Positions 12,373 to 24,609 of a stretch of 64,000 bases of DNA are shown here, piece after piece. Position numbers and translations under genes: made by a program. How positions within the stretch are numbered: position 1 is the first letter of the stretch; every line of letters begins with the position of its first letter. The notes beneath the pieces are model-generated. The model saw only the letters and a program-made list of their open reading frames with translations. It was not told the DNA's origin and ran no database searches. This DNA comes from Eledone cirrhosa (lineage: Eukaryota), in the NCBI GenBank assembly GCA_964016885.1, contig OZ024757.1:12462001-12526000 (forward strand), read 5' to 3'.

Positions 12373-13415
12373 TCTCATTCCGTGCTTGTCTTTGCTTAAA
12401 TAATTACTTTTTCACAGAAATACTTTTTCAATTACAATCTATTTAAACAAACTAGGACCCTATATCGTCTTCTAAGCTTATAAATCATTTAATTTTATTA
12501 TAATTCACCTTATCTTTATTTTATTTTAATAATACATTTAATAAAACCTTTTCGCACCTCTTAATAAATCCTTCGGTATATAAACCCTAAATAAATAGTA
12601 TACTTAATTTCTATATCTGTAATCATAAACCTCATAAATTTTTAATTTAATTAATTTTACAACCGTTATTCAGTTATTTTTCAGTGGTGACAGCGTTTTT
12701 CAGTTCAAATGTTTATCTCTCTCTCTCCTTTCTCTTTCTCTCTCCTCCTTCCTTCTTATACTCTTGCTCCGTTATCCTCTCCTTTTTTCCTCTCTTCCTC
12801 TTCCTCCCTTTTTTTCCCCTTCCCTTTTTTCTAATCTTCTATATCCTTTTAAATTTATTTATCATATATTGACTAGATACTACCTTGTTCACAAGTGTTT
12901 TTCTAGGCATCATATCATGCCTCCCTATTTTATCTGATGAGAACGCAAATATCGTCCCAGGATGATATTTGTTTGTGAAATGCGCATAATAAAATACATG
13001 GAACTTTTTTAACAATCTTTTAATTTCTTCTTTATATATATATATATAGTAGTAGTAGTGTATATATATATATATATATAGTAGTATATATATATCTTCA
13101 GCTGTATGTGACTTTTCTATATCCAGCGATATACAGTATGTCATATATATATATATACATATACACAGTACATATATATATATATCTTCAGCTGTATACA
13201 TACATGTATGTGACTTTTCTATATCCAACGATATACATTGTCATATATATATATATATATATATATATTTATTTATTTATTAAACATACTGTATATCGTT
13301 GGATATAGAAAAGTCACATACATGTATGTATACAGCTAAAGATATATATATATATCTTCAGCTGTATACATACATGTATCTGACTTTTCTATATCCAACG
13401 ATATACAGTATGTTT
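12277..13415. repeat. ~60-bp unit repeated five times (one inverted), embedded in (TA)n
   Basis: 'tcttcagctgtatacatacatgtatgtgacttttctatatccaacgatatacagtatgt' at ~12277, 13095, 13186, 13285 (reverse) and 13355. Confidence 0.8.
12926..12996 (+). ncRNA. Type I hammerhead ribozyme motif (Penelope pseudo-LTR type)
   Basis: tattttat-CTGATGA-[gcaaatatcgtc/gatgatatttgt hairpin]-GAAA-TGCGCA-T-A-ataaaata: perfect 8-bp stem I and palindromic stem III. Confidence 0.72.
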
Positions 13416-13439
13416 AATAAATAAACATTTTGAAAGCCC

Positions 13440-13737
13440 AGCTAAGAATATTGAAAGACTGGGTACTCCGTCAGTTACAACGGTGAGTGTTCCAGTTGAT
13501 ATGATCAACAGAACAGCCTGCTCATGAAATTAAGTGGAAAGTGGCTGAGCATTCCACAAACAACTGTACCTTTAACACAGTTCTCAGGCTGATTCAGGAT
13601 AAGACATAATGTGAAAAGGCTGACCCTTTGAATTACAGGTACAACTCATGTTTTACCTGCTGAATGGACTGTAGCAATGTGAATTAAAATGTCTTGCTCA
13701 AGGACACAATGTACTGCTGGGGATCGAACTCACAACC
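13440..13737 (-). mobile_element. tRNA-derived SINE
   Basis: The reverse strand has a B-box-like 'gagttcgatcc' followed by the 'tgtgtccttgagcaagacatttt' core. Confidence 0.75.
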
Positions 13738-14128
13738 TACTACTGCTACTACTACTACTACTACTGCTATACTGCTACTACTACTGCTACTACTGCTGCT
13801 ACTACTACTACTACTGCTACTACTACTACTACTGCTACTACTGCTGCTACTACTACTACTGCTACATCTACTACTGCTACTGCTACTACTGCTGCTACAT
13901 CTACTACTGCTACATCTACTACTGCTACTGCTACTACTGCTGCTACATCTACTACTGCTACTACTACTACTGCTAATACTACTACTGATACTACTACTAC
14001 TACTGCTACTGATACTACTGCTACTAATACTGCTACTACTACTGCTACTACCACCGCTACCACTACTACTACTGCCACAACCACCACCACCAACACTACT
14101 ACCACTACTTCTCTCTCTCTCTCTCTCT

Positions 14129-14158
<30 letters not shown>
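13738..14158. repeat. (CTA/CTG)n trinucleotide microsatellite followed by a (CT)n(AG)n palindrome
   Basis: Read directly. It explains the spurious poly-L/S/V/Y ORFs. Confidence 0.95.
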
Positions 14159-14161
<3 letters not shown>

Positions 14162-14183
14162 ATACACACGTTAGATAGATAGA

Positions 14184-14850
14184 TTTCTTTATTAGCCACA
14201 AGGGCGCACAAGAAAAGGGGACAAAACAAAGACACATACCGGGGATTTTACATACAGTCGTGTAAAAATATTGAAACAAACAAATATAACATTGGAAATC
14301 CCCAATAGGAGGAAGGCGCCACAAATGTTTGTTTAATACCCCGTAGATAGAACAACCCTCAACTTCAGGAGCATGTTGTGCAAGTGCTCCTTTCTTCCTT
14401 TTGCTCTCTTCTTCAACCTACAGGTTTATATACAGAGAAGGCCCAATCACTCGGGCCATTTTTGCCACGTTCACCCACCTTTCAGTAAATTTACTGGGGT
14501 GCAGTGCCTCTCTCTCCACTCTGATTCTCCTTCTAAAGAGGTACCTATAGAAGGGAATGAGTTGTTGTCCGGAGAGAAAGGCATCTGTCCCCAGTCCTCT
14601 TAATCTCGTCCACCATATAACCTCTTTCACCATAGCCACTATACAGGGGAAAACCCTTTCTCTTTCGTTTTTGAAAGAAGTTGGCGGTTTGATCCTTACT
14701 ATAGACTCAGCAGTCAACTGGATTTGTCCCACACACGACAGCAGTTGTTCTGCATAGTCCACAGGTCGGTTACGCCCGGGGAGTGTACAATTGCGTGCAG
14801 GACGGTTTCAATGTCCTGCTCGCATCTTGGACACGTCCTCTTGGAAAAGA
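14184..14850 (-). mobile_element. 5'-truncated L1/Tx1 copy
   Basis: ORF 14418-14762 is nearly the same as 4144-4458. The 3' end abuts (GATA)n at 14172-14184. Confidence 0.9.
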
Positions 14851-15044
14851 TCAACATCATCGGATAACTACTGAGACACAGGTTTTATATCGGTGTTATC
14901 CCAGTTTCCTGAGTTGCCTTCTCCTCGAAGGATGCCCTGATAAAGGCTAGGGGTCCTTCACTCCCAGTGATTTAACTGCGCAATTGGGTATCCAGCCCAA
15001 CTATGTGCCCGCGCATATACGAACACATGCACACATGAATATAC

Positions 15045-15097
<53 letters not shown>

Positions 15098-15098
<1 letters not shown>

Positions 15099-17917
15099 TC
15101 AAACCTCTGTATATTGGATGCTGGAATGTAACAACTTTAATGGATTCCCAGTCCAGTAAAACTCACCCTGAAAGTAGATCTACTTTGGTGTCGAGGGAAC
15201 TCAGTCGCTATAGCATGGACATCGCTGCTCTTTCAGAAACGAGATTGGCAGGTGAGGGTCAATTCACAGAACAGAAGGGAGGATGTACCTTCTATTGGAG
15301 TGGTGGAGCAGAGGGTTGTAGGAGAGAGGCAGGGGTCGCATTTGCTGTCAGGAATGGAATCGTCTCAAAGCTGGAAAATCTTCCTTGTAGATTCAATGAT
15401 CGTGTAATGTCCATGAGAGTCCCTCTGTTTCAAAACCGCTTTGTGACTCTGGTCAGTGTGTACGCTCCTACTATGTGTGCTAGTGATGATGAAAAACTAA
15501 GTTTCTACATGTCTTTGAGAGAGGTCATCCATGGTGTACCTTATGCAGACAAGATTGTCATCCTTGGCGATTTTAATGCACGTGTTGGTAATGACTGGGA
15601 AGCTTGGAGTGTGATGGGCCGGCATGGAGTAGGTAAGTGCAATAACAAATGTCTACTTCTGTTGCAGATGTGCACTGAGATGGATCTTGTTGTTGGGAAC
15701 ACGCTCTTTTAGGAGAAAGACAAATATAAAACAACTTGGATGCATCCAGGTTCCAAGAAGTGGCACCTTATTGACTTTGTTTTAACGAGAAAACGTGATA
15801 TCAGGGATATCACATTGGTTAGTGTATTGCGAGACACGGAATGTTGGACTGATCATCGTTTGGTGCGCGCCAAGTTTCAATTTGTTGTGAAGCCCAAAGT
15901 AAGGGGGAAGAAGGTTGTACTTCCAAAACAACTAAACGTGGCTCGTCTGAAAACAGAGAAAGTCAGAGCTGAACTGTCGAGGTCCCTTGAGTCCATGGAA
16001 TGTGAAAACACTTGGGAATCATTGAAGAAAACCGTCTATGATGTTATTGCTGGAGTTTTGGGTCATACCAACAGAAAGCATAAAGACTCGTTCGATGAAA
16101 ATGATCCAGTGATCCAGACCTTGCTTGAAGAGAAACAAAAAGTGCTGACATCATTGTTGTGTGAGACACGTTCTGACAGGAGTGACCGGACCTTCAGGCA
16201 GATCAAGGCACATGTGTAACATCGATTGAGAGCCATGCAGAATACCTGCTGGATCCAAAAGGCTGATGAAATCCTGAGGGCCTGAGATAGACATGATACA
16301 AAGCTCCTATACAGTCTGCTCAGGGAGGTGTATGGTCCGACCGGTTCACAAATATCACCACTTCGCTCCTGAGACGGCAAGGAATTGCTCAGAGACTCGA
16401 AGGAAATCCTGATCAGGTGGCATGACCACTTTGATGAGCTTCTCAGCAGACCATAAGAAATTGATGATGAGTTCATCCGGTCGATTCCATCCAGACCTAC
16501 AAAGCTGGCAATGGCTGATCCTCCTTCATTTGATGAGGTGGCGAATGCCATTGTCAAATTAAACAGTGGCAAGTCACCTGGAATGGATGGACTGAGTGCT
16601 GAGATTTTCAAGTGTGCTGGTGATAACTTCTTAAACCGCCTCACTGATCTCTTTGTGAATGTTTGGAATGAAGAAGATGTGCCACAGGATTGGAAAGATA
16701 CACTGATGGTGGTACTTTACAAAGGAAAGGGAGTCAAAAATGAATGTGGCAACTACAGATGTATTTCACTGCTATCTGTGGCTGGGAAGATCTTGTACAG
16801 GATATTGTTGGACAGATTGATACAGCACATTGCTGTTGAAGTACTTCCTGAGTCCCAATATGGCTTTAGGAATGGCAGAGGCACTGTTGACATGATCTTC
16901 TCGGCCAAACAACTTCAAGAGAAATGCATTGAGCAGCGCATGGACTTATACCAAGTTTTTGTCGATCTGACCAAGGCATTTGACACCGTTAATCGGAAGG
17001 CTTTGTGGGTTATTTTGGAGAGATTGGGCTGTCCTGAAAAGTTTGTGAACATTTTGAAACTCATCCACGATGATATTCAGGCATAGGTGAACGTTGGAAG
17101 TAAACTGTCTGAGCCAATCTCGGTTGAAAATGGTGTCAAGCAGGGTGATATACCTGCACCAACTTTGTTTGCCTTGTATTTCGCAATGGTGTTCTTCATG
17201 GCCTTCAAGGATTGTCAACATGGTATCTATCTAAGATATAGCACTTCCGGCAAGCTGTTTAACCTTAGGCGTCTCACTGCTAACACTAAGGTATTGAGTA
17301 CTTTGATCAGAGAATTTTTATATGCAGATGATTGTGATCTCTTTGCACACTCCCAGAGTGACATGCAACACCTTATGGATTCTTTTTCCACTGCGTGCAG
17401 TGCTTTGGGACTGAAAATCAGTCTGAAGAAGACTGTCGTCATGTACCAGCCTGCTCCGGATAAAGTTTTCAATAAACCCTCCATATACGTATACGTTCAA
17501 AAGCTGAAGGCTGCTGACACATTTGTGTATTTGGGGAGTACTCTGAGTGTGACCTGCTCTCTGGATGCAGAAGTTGGTCTACGTGTTAGTAAGGCAAGTG
17601 AGTCATTTGGAGGGTCAACCACCGTCTTTGGTGCAGGTGAGGAATCACAATGAGGACCAAGGTGAGAGTGTATGCTGCAGGTCTACTGTCAGCTTTGATG
17701 TATGCATGTGAGACATGGGTTGCCTACAAACGGAATATCCACAGACTGGAACGGTTTCACCAGCAGTGTCTCAGAAAGATGCTCGGTATCAAGTGGCAGA
17801 TGCATGTGAGTGATGTTGAGGTCCTTGAGAGAAGTGAGTGTCGGAGCATTGAGAGTATCATCCACCAACGGTGTTTGCGATGGACCGGACACCTCTACAG
17901 AATGGAGGATGATCGTT
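15098..17917 (+). mobile_element. BovB-like RTE LINE, pseudogenised APE-RT ORF
   Basis: GCWNV..., DIAALSETRLAGEGQ, LGDFNARVG, WHLIDFVL, TDHRLV, KSPGMDG, DLTKAFD, GVKQG, YADD, YLGS. Contains several in-frame stops. A possible 5'UTR remnant lies at 14860-14985. Confidence 0.92.
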
Positions 17918-19005
17918 AGAAATGACATTGCTACACTTAGCACCACTGATGCTCAAAAGAAAGAGGCCTGGAAATGTTACTATGAGAGATTGATGAATGC
18001 AGAGAATAAATTAAGAAGCAATCTTAGACTTTTGTTTTATGTTCATTGTTCAACACACATACACATATAATTGACAACCTCTTTGGAATTACTGATGAAA
18101 CCTATTAGTGACACAACTACAAGAGAAGATCCTAGATCTAGAAAAGGCCTTTGACAGAGTACCTTACTCTATTATCTGGTGGTCCTTCAGAAAATTAGGT
18201 GGAGAATGGCTTGTGAGAGCAGTGCAAGCCATGTACAGAGGAGCTGTCAGTAAAGTGAGAGTAGGAAGGGAGTTTAGTGAAGAATTCAATGTACAGGTAG
18301 GTGTTCATCATGGTTCAGTTCACAACCCACTGCTGTTCTTCATAGTTCTCGAGGCCATAACCAATGGGTTTAAGACTGGCTGTTCACGGGAAACAGTCTA
18401 TGTGAATGATCTGGTCCTTATAGCTGAATGCATAAAAGAACTAGAGAATAAGTGACCCTACTGCGCATGTAGGAAAGGAGTAGGCATCAACTATACACAA
18501 TGATATCTTCCGATATCTAGGTAACCTAATTAGCAGCGGAGGAGGGTACCTCGTAAGAGAGGATAGGATTGAAGTTTAGAGAGCTACCTCCACTGTTGGC
18601 AAATACAGGTTTCTCCCTACGTACAAAGATGTTGGCTGTACAATGCTTGTGTGTAAAGTGCAATACTGCATGGAACTGACACATGGGCAGTAACTGCAGA
18701 AGACATGCATAAGCTGGAGAGAAATGGAGCCAACATGTTTCGTTGGGTATGCAACGTAAATGTGAGGCAGAGCTTGGATAAAATGAGGAAGAAATTGGTA
18801 ATCACTGGTTAAAGAAGTGCCACGGAAAACCAGAGAAGGGAAGCCATACTAGAGCGAGCCGAGGGTAGATGTGGTGAGAGCTGATCTCAAATTGCTGAGA
18901 CTCACAGATGATGAAGGAACAAGCGAGTGAGGAGATGTTGTGCTTAAAAGGACCCATCCAACCCATGCCAGGATTGAAAAACGGACGTAAAACTATGATG
19001 ATGAT
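17918..19005 (+). mobile_element. Degenerate RTE fragments ending in a (GAT)n tail
   Basis: [10 protein letters not shown]...VGVHHGS in ORF 18108-18455, ending 'ggacgtaaaactatgatgatg'. Paralogous to 32587-33345 and 50590-51350. Confidence 0.8.
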
Positions 19006-19405
19006 GTAGATGAAGTAAATTATATCAAAATAGATTTAGACTAAAGTGAACAAAACTTCCCTGAAACAACAAGGTACAGCTAAATATAAAATATATTTTA
19101 TAATGTAAGGTAGTGAACAAGATAATTAAATAGACGGAGGTAATTTAAATAATAAATATATCTTTAACTTACTTAAAGCAATGACAACGTACAGTTAAAT
19201 ATAAACTATATTTTATAATGTAAGGTAGTGAACTACATAATTAAATAGACGGAGGTAATTTAAATAATAAAGACAGTCATGATAACAATATATTTTATAT
19301 CACATGTAACAATAGAATCTGGTTAATTACTGGATCGTTGTAGGGTTCACATAATTATATTATTTACACACATTAATATAGACAAGTAAATCTTTGTCAA
19401 CTTAC

Positions 19406-19602
19406 CTCCTTCACATATAATCAATGTGTTGTGTTGTTAGTTTTTACTAAACAACCAAAGAAATAATCTCTTTGTTATCAAATTAGAAGTTTCAATGTTA
19501 TCAGCTTTATTTCACGACATTAACGTTGGTGTATTTTCTTCATCTTTAGTCATAAATTGATATCTTGTCAGAATGAAGTAGTGCGGCTGACTTTGTCTTT
19601 AG
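19406..19602 (-). other. Putative non-coding exon (triplicated)
   Basis: Minus-strand acceptor TGTAG at ~19603 and donor GAG|GTAAGT at 19400-19405. The same donor is at 33627-33632 and 51856-51861. Confidence 0.4.
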
Positions 19603-19802
19603 CTACAGATTTGATAGGAAATATATATATATTAGGTTGATATGTGGTCTAAAATATATATATTGTCTATAAATGACTGATAGCAGATGTTCTGGTGAAA
19701 TAGTAGGTTTACTACTACAGATTGTAATGGAACTCTTAGTAGACACAATTGTAAAGTAAGAATAGATATGACAGTGTAAGACTGATGTCGGGGAATTAAA
19801 AT

Positions 19803-19845
<43 letters not shown>

Positions 19846-20404
19846 GTTACACAAGATATAATTAGATTAAGAAGGCAGCAGGTACTCGATGTCGTTGGAA
19901 ATGATTTAACTCCCTTACTGGTGTCATTAGTTGAAAGTCCCTGATATAATTTAATACATCCAGACAGTTCCAATCGTATTTAATCGATAGTAAATGAAAA
20001 GGTATCACTCAGTAAAATATCAATTATATATCTACGTAGTGTCTCTGACTGCTAGAAATAGCAGTGAAATTATCCATTACAGACTTTTCTTTCTTTAAAC
20101 TCTTACGTTTAGAAGATGTTTGTGTTGAGAATGTGTATATTTGTGTATTGTATGACGGAAGTCACCATTGAAGATGTTAAAAGCAATGTTGTGGAAAATA
20201 GCATCGTACTACTTTGTAATTGTTTATATATAATTTATTTACAGATTACAAAGGTTAGAAGAATGTCTCTTGAGAGGATAGTTAATGTTATCAATAAAAA
20301 AGTTATAAAGATTTAAAGAATACGGTCAACTGGCTGAGGCGTTAGCCAGACCTGTAGTGATATCTGTTGCTACATATTGTCTATGCTTGAGGAACGAAAG
20401 CAAG

Positions 20405-20520
20405 AGATGTTTACCTTCACGGTGTCGAGCTGCAAGAGAGAGTTTCGAATCTCCGCGGGAATTTTTCCTCTGGGCGGAAGTCAAGATACATTTTCCTACG
20501 CTGGTAGCGATTGGTTGAAC
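20405..20520 (-). promoter_or_regulatory. Putative promoter and first exon
   Basis: CpG-richer patch with ETS-like GGCGGAAGT (20473-20481), CCAAT on the minus strand (20510-20514) and donor AAG|GTAAAC at ~20414. The paralog at ~34630-34740 has degenerate motifs. Confidence 0.35.
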
Positions 20521-20702
20521 TGAGCCAAACAACGCATAAAGAATGTATCCATGAGCCCTCGGAATGTAGGTCACTACAATATCATCTATTTAGTCTGCAA
20601 GATGATATATAAGATTGAATCAGCAGGAAAAAGGCTTAAAGAGAGGACATCAATGAATATATATGTATATATATATGTATGTATATATGATATATATATG
20701 TA

Positions 20703-21581
20703 CAGGTGTGGAAGATATTTGGTCGCAATTTTCAACTGCTAATTTTATGCAAATTCTTTTTGCTTCCGTTGTTACTCTTGTCCTCATAAAAACAGTGACT
20801 ATATTTCCATTATTTATTTTCAGAATAATTGATTATGAATTATTTTGACCTCTAAATTTGTGGAAGAGACACGGAGTTCTTCTTGGAATCTGTTCCAGGA
20901 GGACAAATAAGACCAGAAGATCAACTCCCAGAACAACAGGTGGCTCGCTGTCTCATCCAAAGACGTGCCCAGAGTCATGCAAACAAAGTTTCCAGCGACA
21001 ACATTGGTCTTAGGTGTCGTGAGCAGTCAAGGTGACGTAATGCCACCTCACTTCTTCCCTGAGGGTCTCAAGCTGAACACCGATGGCTACATTCGCGTTC
21101 TGAGCGAAGTAATAAAGCCATGGATCAACCAGGTAGCTGCAGGTAGGCAGTACGTATGTCAGCAAGACTCAGTGCCCTGCCATACCAGCCGAAAGATCCA
21201 AACCTGGCTGTCAGAGAAATTCGTCGACCTCACTTCTCCCGACATCTGGCCTCCCAGCTAGCCTGACTGCAATCCTCTCGACATCTCTGTCTGAGGCGCA
21301 GTGGAACGAGACACCAACAGTTCTAGCTGCAATACGAAAGACGATCTGAAGGCCAGGATCACAAGTGCCTTTAGGGGCCTAAGTCGGGGGACAGTGATGA
21401 AGGCCTTTAGACGGTTTCGAGGCTGTCATCAAAGCCAATGGCAGGGTTATCGAGTGAAATTGAAAGAACAAGTCATGAAGACAAACTGACCCAAGTTTGA
21501 TAAATAAATCTTTAAAAACAAAACTACTATGTTATTCTTTCCTAGACAGTAATCTTGCGAATAATTATCGTCCGCACCCTG
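20703..21581 (+). mobile_element. Internally deleted Tc1/mariner DD37D (maT-type) transposon
   Basis: QQDSVPCH...WPPS*PDCNPLD with 37 residues between the last two catalytic Asp. Imperfect TIRs (caggtgtggaagatattt / ataattatcgtccgcaccctg) flanked by TA. Confidence 0.88.
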
Positions 21582-21627
21582 TATATATACATATATAATA
21601 TATGATATATAATATATATATATATAA

Positions 21628-23100
21628 AAAGGGGATGCTCTGGAGAGGAGCAATTATAGGGGTATAAAACTGATGGATCGGGTTATGAAAGTGGCACAAC
21701 TAATTAGAGAAAGAGTCAAACTAGATGAGATGCAGTTTGGTTTTGTGCCTGGCAAGAGTACAACAGATGCCTTCTTCTTGGTGAGACAATTGCAAGAGAG
21801 GTTCTTAGAGAAGAATAAGTCACTATCCTTAGCCTTTGTTGACCTAGAGAAGGCCTTTGATAGGGTACCCTGATCTGTCATCTGGTGGTCCCTAAGGAAA
21901 CTAGGTGTTGAGGAATGACTTGTGAGGACAGTGCAAGCTATGTACAGAGCTGCTGTCAGTAAAGTGAGGGTAGGAATGGAGTTTAGTGAGGAATTCCAGA
22001 TACAAGTAGGAGTACATCCAGGTTCGGTCCTCAGCCTGCTCTTGTTCATTATAGGCCTCCAAGCCATAACAGAGGAGTTTAAGACTGGCTGTCCATGGGA
22101 ACTTCTCTATGCTGACGATCTGCTTCTTACAGCAGAATCAGTAGAGGAGCTAGAGAATAAATTCTGGCTATGGAAACAGCAGTTTGAAGCAAGAGGACTG
22201 AGGGTGAACATAGCTAAGACAAAAGTGTTGATGAATAGAAAAGAGGACAAAACTCTGATTACGTCAGGGAAATGGCCATGTTCGATATGCAGAAAAGAAA
22301 CTGGCATAAATTCTATAAAATGCACACAATGCAGATCCTGGGTACACAAGAGATGTAGCGGGATAGCAGGCAAACTAACAGGTAGGGAGAAATATGTATG
22401 CAGTAGATGTACAGGGAAATTAGACAGTAGAAGTTGCATTGATAGACACATTTTTCAAATGCAGGAGGGCGCTATAGAAGTGGTGGATAGCTTCCGGTAC
22501 CTAGGAGATCAGATTAGCATGGGAAGAGGGTGTTCCGAGGCCATAGTGTCGAGAATAAGGACGGGTTGGAAGAAGTTTAGGGAGCTGCTTCCTCTGCTGA
22601 CGAAGAAGCGTTTCTCCCTGCGTACGAAAGGCCGGTTGTATGATGCCTGTTTGAGGAGCGCGATGCTGCATGGTAGTGAGACATGGGCAGCAACTGCAGA
22701 GGATATGCGACGGCTGGAGAGAAATGAGGCAAGCATGCTCCATTGGATGTGTAAATGTGCGTGAACAACTCAGCATGAATGTGTTGAGAGAGAAACTGTG
22801 TCTGAGAGGGATAGAATGTAGTGTACGGGAAAGCAGACTGAGGTGGTATGGACATGTGATGCGCATGGAGGATGACCGATGGGTGAAGAAGTGCCAGGAA
22901 ATGCCATTTGAAGGAAGACGTGGTAGAGGTAGACCACAAAAACCATGGGCGGGGGTGGTGAGAACAGACCTCAGATCATTGAAGCTCATGGTGGAGATGA
23001 AGAAGGACTGTGACGAGTGGAGAGATGCTGTGCTGAATAAGACCTGTCCCACCCTTGCAAGCAGGGAAAAAGCAGACGTAAAATGATGATGATGATGATG
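21628..23100 (+). mobile_element. RTE LINE family A, 5'-truncated (RT, PHD-like finger, thumb, (GAT)n tail)
   Basis: QFGFVPG, DLEKAFD, LYADD, C4HC3 motif, FRYLGD, LRWYGHV, and the tail gacgtaaaatgatgatg. Confidence 0.92.
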
Positions 23101-23114
23101 ATATATATATATAT

Positions 23115-23340
23115 ATCATCCTCATCACTGTTTTACGTCCGTTCTTCTATTCTAGCATGGGTTAGACGGGTTGTCCAGTTGTGGGCAATGTCCGGTTGGC
23201 TGACCTTGTCTTGCTCATAGGGGAACTGATTTTGGCTTAATTTCTACAGCTGGATGCCCTTCCTAACACCTACCTTATTTACAGTGAGTGCTGGGTACTT
23301 TTCTTCCGTGGTGCCTACATATCCACTTTATAGTGTGGGT
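23115..23340 (-). mobile_element. RTE family B 3' UTR or RTE-tailed SINE
   Basis: Reverse complement of 'ggtgttaggaagggcatccagc...aacccatgctag...gacgtaaaa(gat)n'. Confidence 0.7.
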
Positions 23341-23499
23341 TGATATATATATAATATATATATATTATATATAATATATATATATTATATATAATATATA
23401 TATATAACATATATATATATAATATAATATATGTATATCATATAATATATATAACATATATATATATAATAAAATATATATATTTATATATATCTGAGA

Positions 23500-24086
23500 G
23501 ACAGACTGAGCATAAGAGGAATCAAATGCTGTGTGCAGGGGAGGTGGCTGCATTGGTATGGACATGTGATGCGTATGAAGGACGACAGCTGCATAAAAGG
23601 GTGCAGAGCACTAGAAGTCGATGGAAACCGCGGAGTGGGGAAACCCAAGAAGACCTGGGATGAGGTGATAAAAGCCGACCTTACCCAATTACACCTCTCA
23701 TAGGTGATGACACATGACCGCGACCTCTGGCGTCACGCAGTAATACAGAGTACCCGACCTCCCATGGGTACAAGCTGAAGCATATAGACAATATGGCCCC
23801 ACTCCCCCCACTGCAAGGTGGTCATGGAGGTGCCACAGCAAAAAAGCACCCAGCCAACACTGTAAAGTGGACGTGTACGCGACACGAAAAAGCACCGAGC
23901 ACTCACTGTAAATGAGGTTGGTGTTAGGAAGGGAAACCAGCTGTAGAAATCAAGCCAAATCAGTTCCTTTATGAGCAAGGCATGGTCAGCCGACCAGACA
24001 CTGCCCACAACAGGACAACCCATCTAACCCATGCTAGCGTGGAAGAACCGACGTAAAACGGTGATGATGATGATGATGATGATGAT
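23500..24086 (+). mobile_element. RTE family B 3' fragment, present only in duplication copy A
   Basis: WYGHVMRM-like coding remnant, long 3'UTR and (GAT)n tail. Absent at the paralogous site ~40160. Confidence 0.8.
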
Positions 24087-24087
24087 A

Positions 24088-24197
24088 TCTAAAATAGCGA
24101 TTGCCTAAAACTCAAGAACCACCCAACCGATTGTTTTCAAACTTTACACATTTAATACTTATAGTCCTGTGAGTGTTTTGAGGGGCCATTCTGCTAG
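24088..24197 (+). mobile_element. Short non-autonomous Helitron-like remnant
   Basis: Ends in CTAG|T. Deleted version of 40155-40318. Confidence 0.45.
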
Positions 24198-24217
24198 TAA
24201 TATATATATAATATATA

Positions 24218-24420
24218 TGGCTTAGTGGTTAGAGCATTGGGCTTGTAATTGAAAGGTTGTGAATTCAATTCTCAAACCGGGTGATGTGTTATGTCCTTGA
24301 GCAAGACACTTTATTTCATGTTGCTCCTTCTACCTGGAGTTGTGACCAATAGATAGTATTAGCAATTGGAAAGACCAATGGAAACATTCTTTCTTCGGTC
24401 CAATTTGACGAAAGTCGATC
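24218..24420 (+). mobile_element. tRNA-derived SINE
   Basis: A box tggcttagtgg, B box gaattcaattc, and the 'gtccttgagcaagacactttatttca' core. Confidence 0.8.
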
Positions 24421-24609
24421 GACTGACGATATATGTGTATATATATATTATACATATATATATATATATGTGTGTCACTTGCTGTATCTGCTAGAAGGAC
24501 CCAGATAATATGAGATGTTCTCCCGGCTGTATCATATACTACAAATCTATGCAGATGTATACACATATATACACAGACCCATAAAGATGCACAAGTAATT
24601 ATACACACA

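Noticed and set aside
13684-14324. Long poly-Ser/Leu/Val/Tyr ORFs
   Set aside because: They are translations of a (CTA/CTG)n microsatellite.
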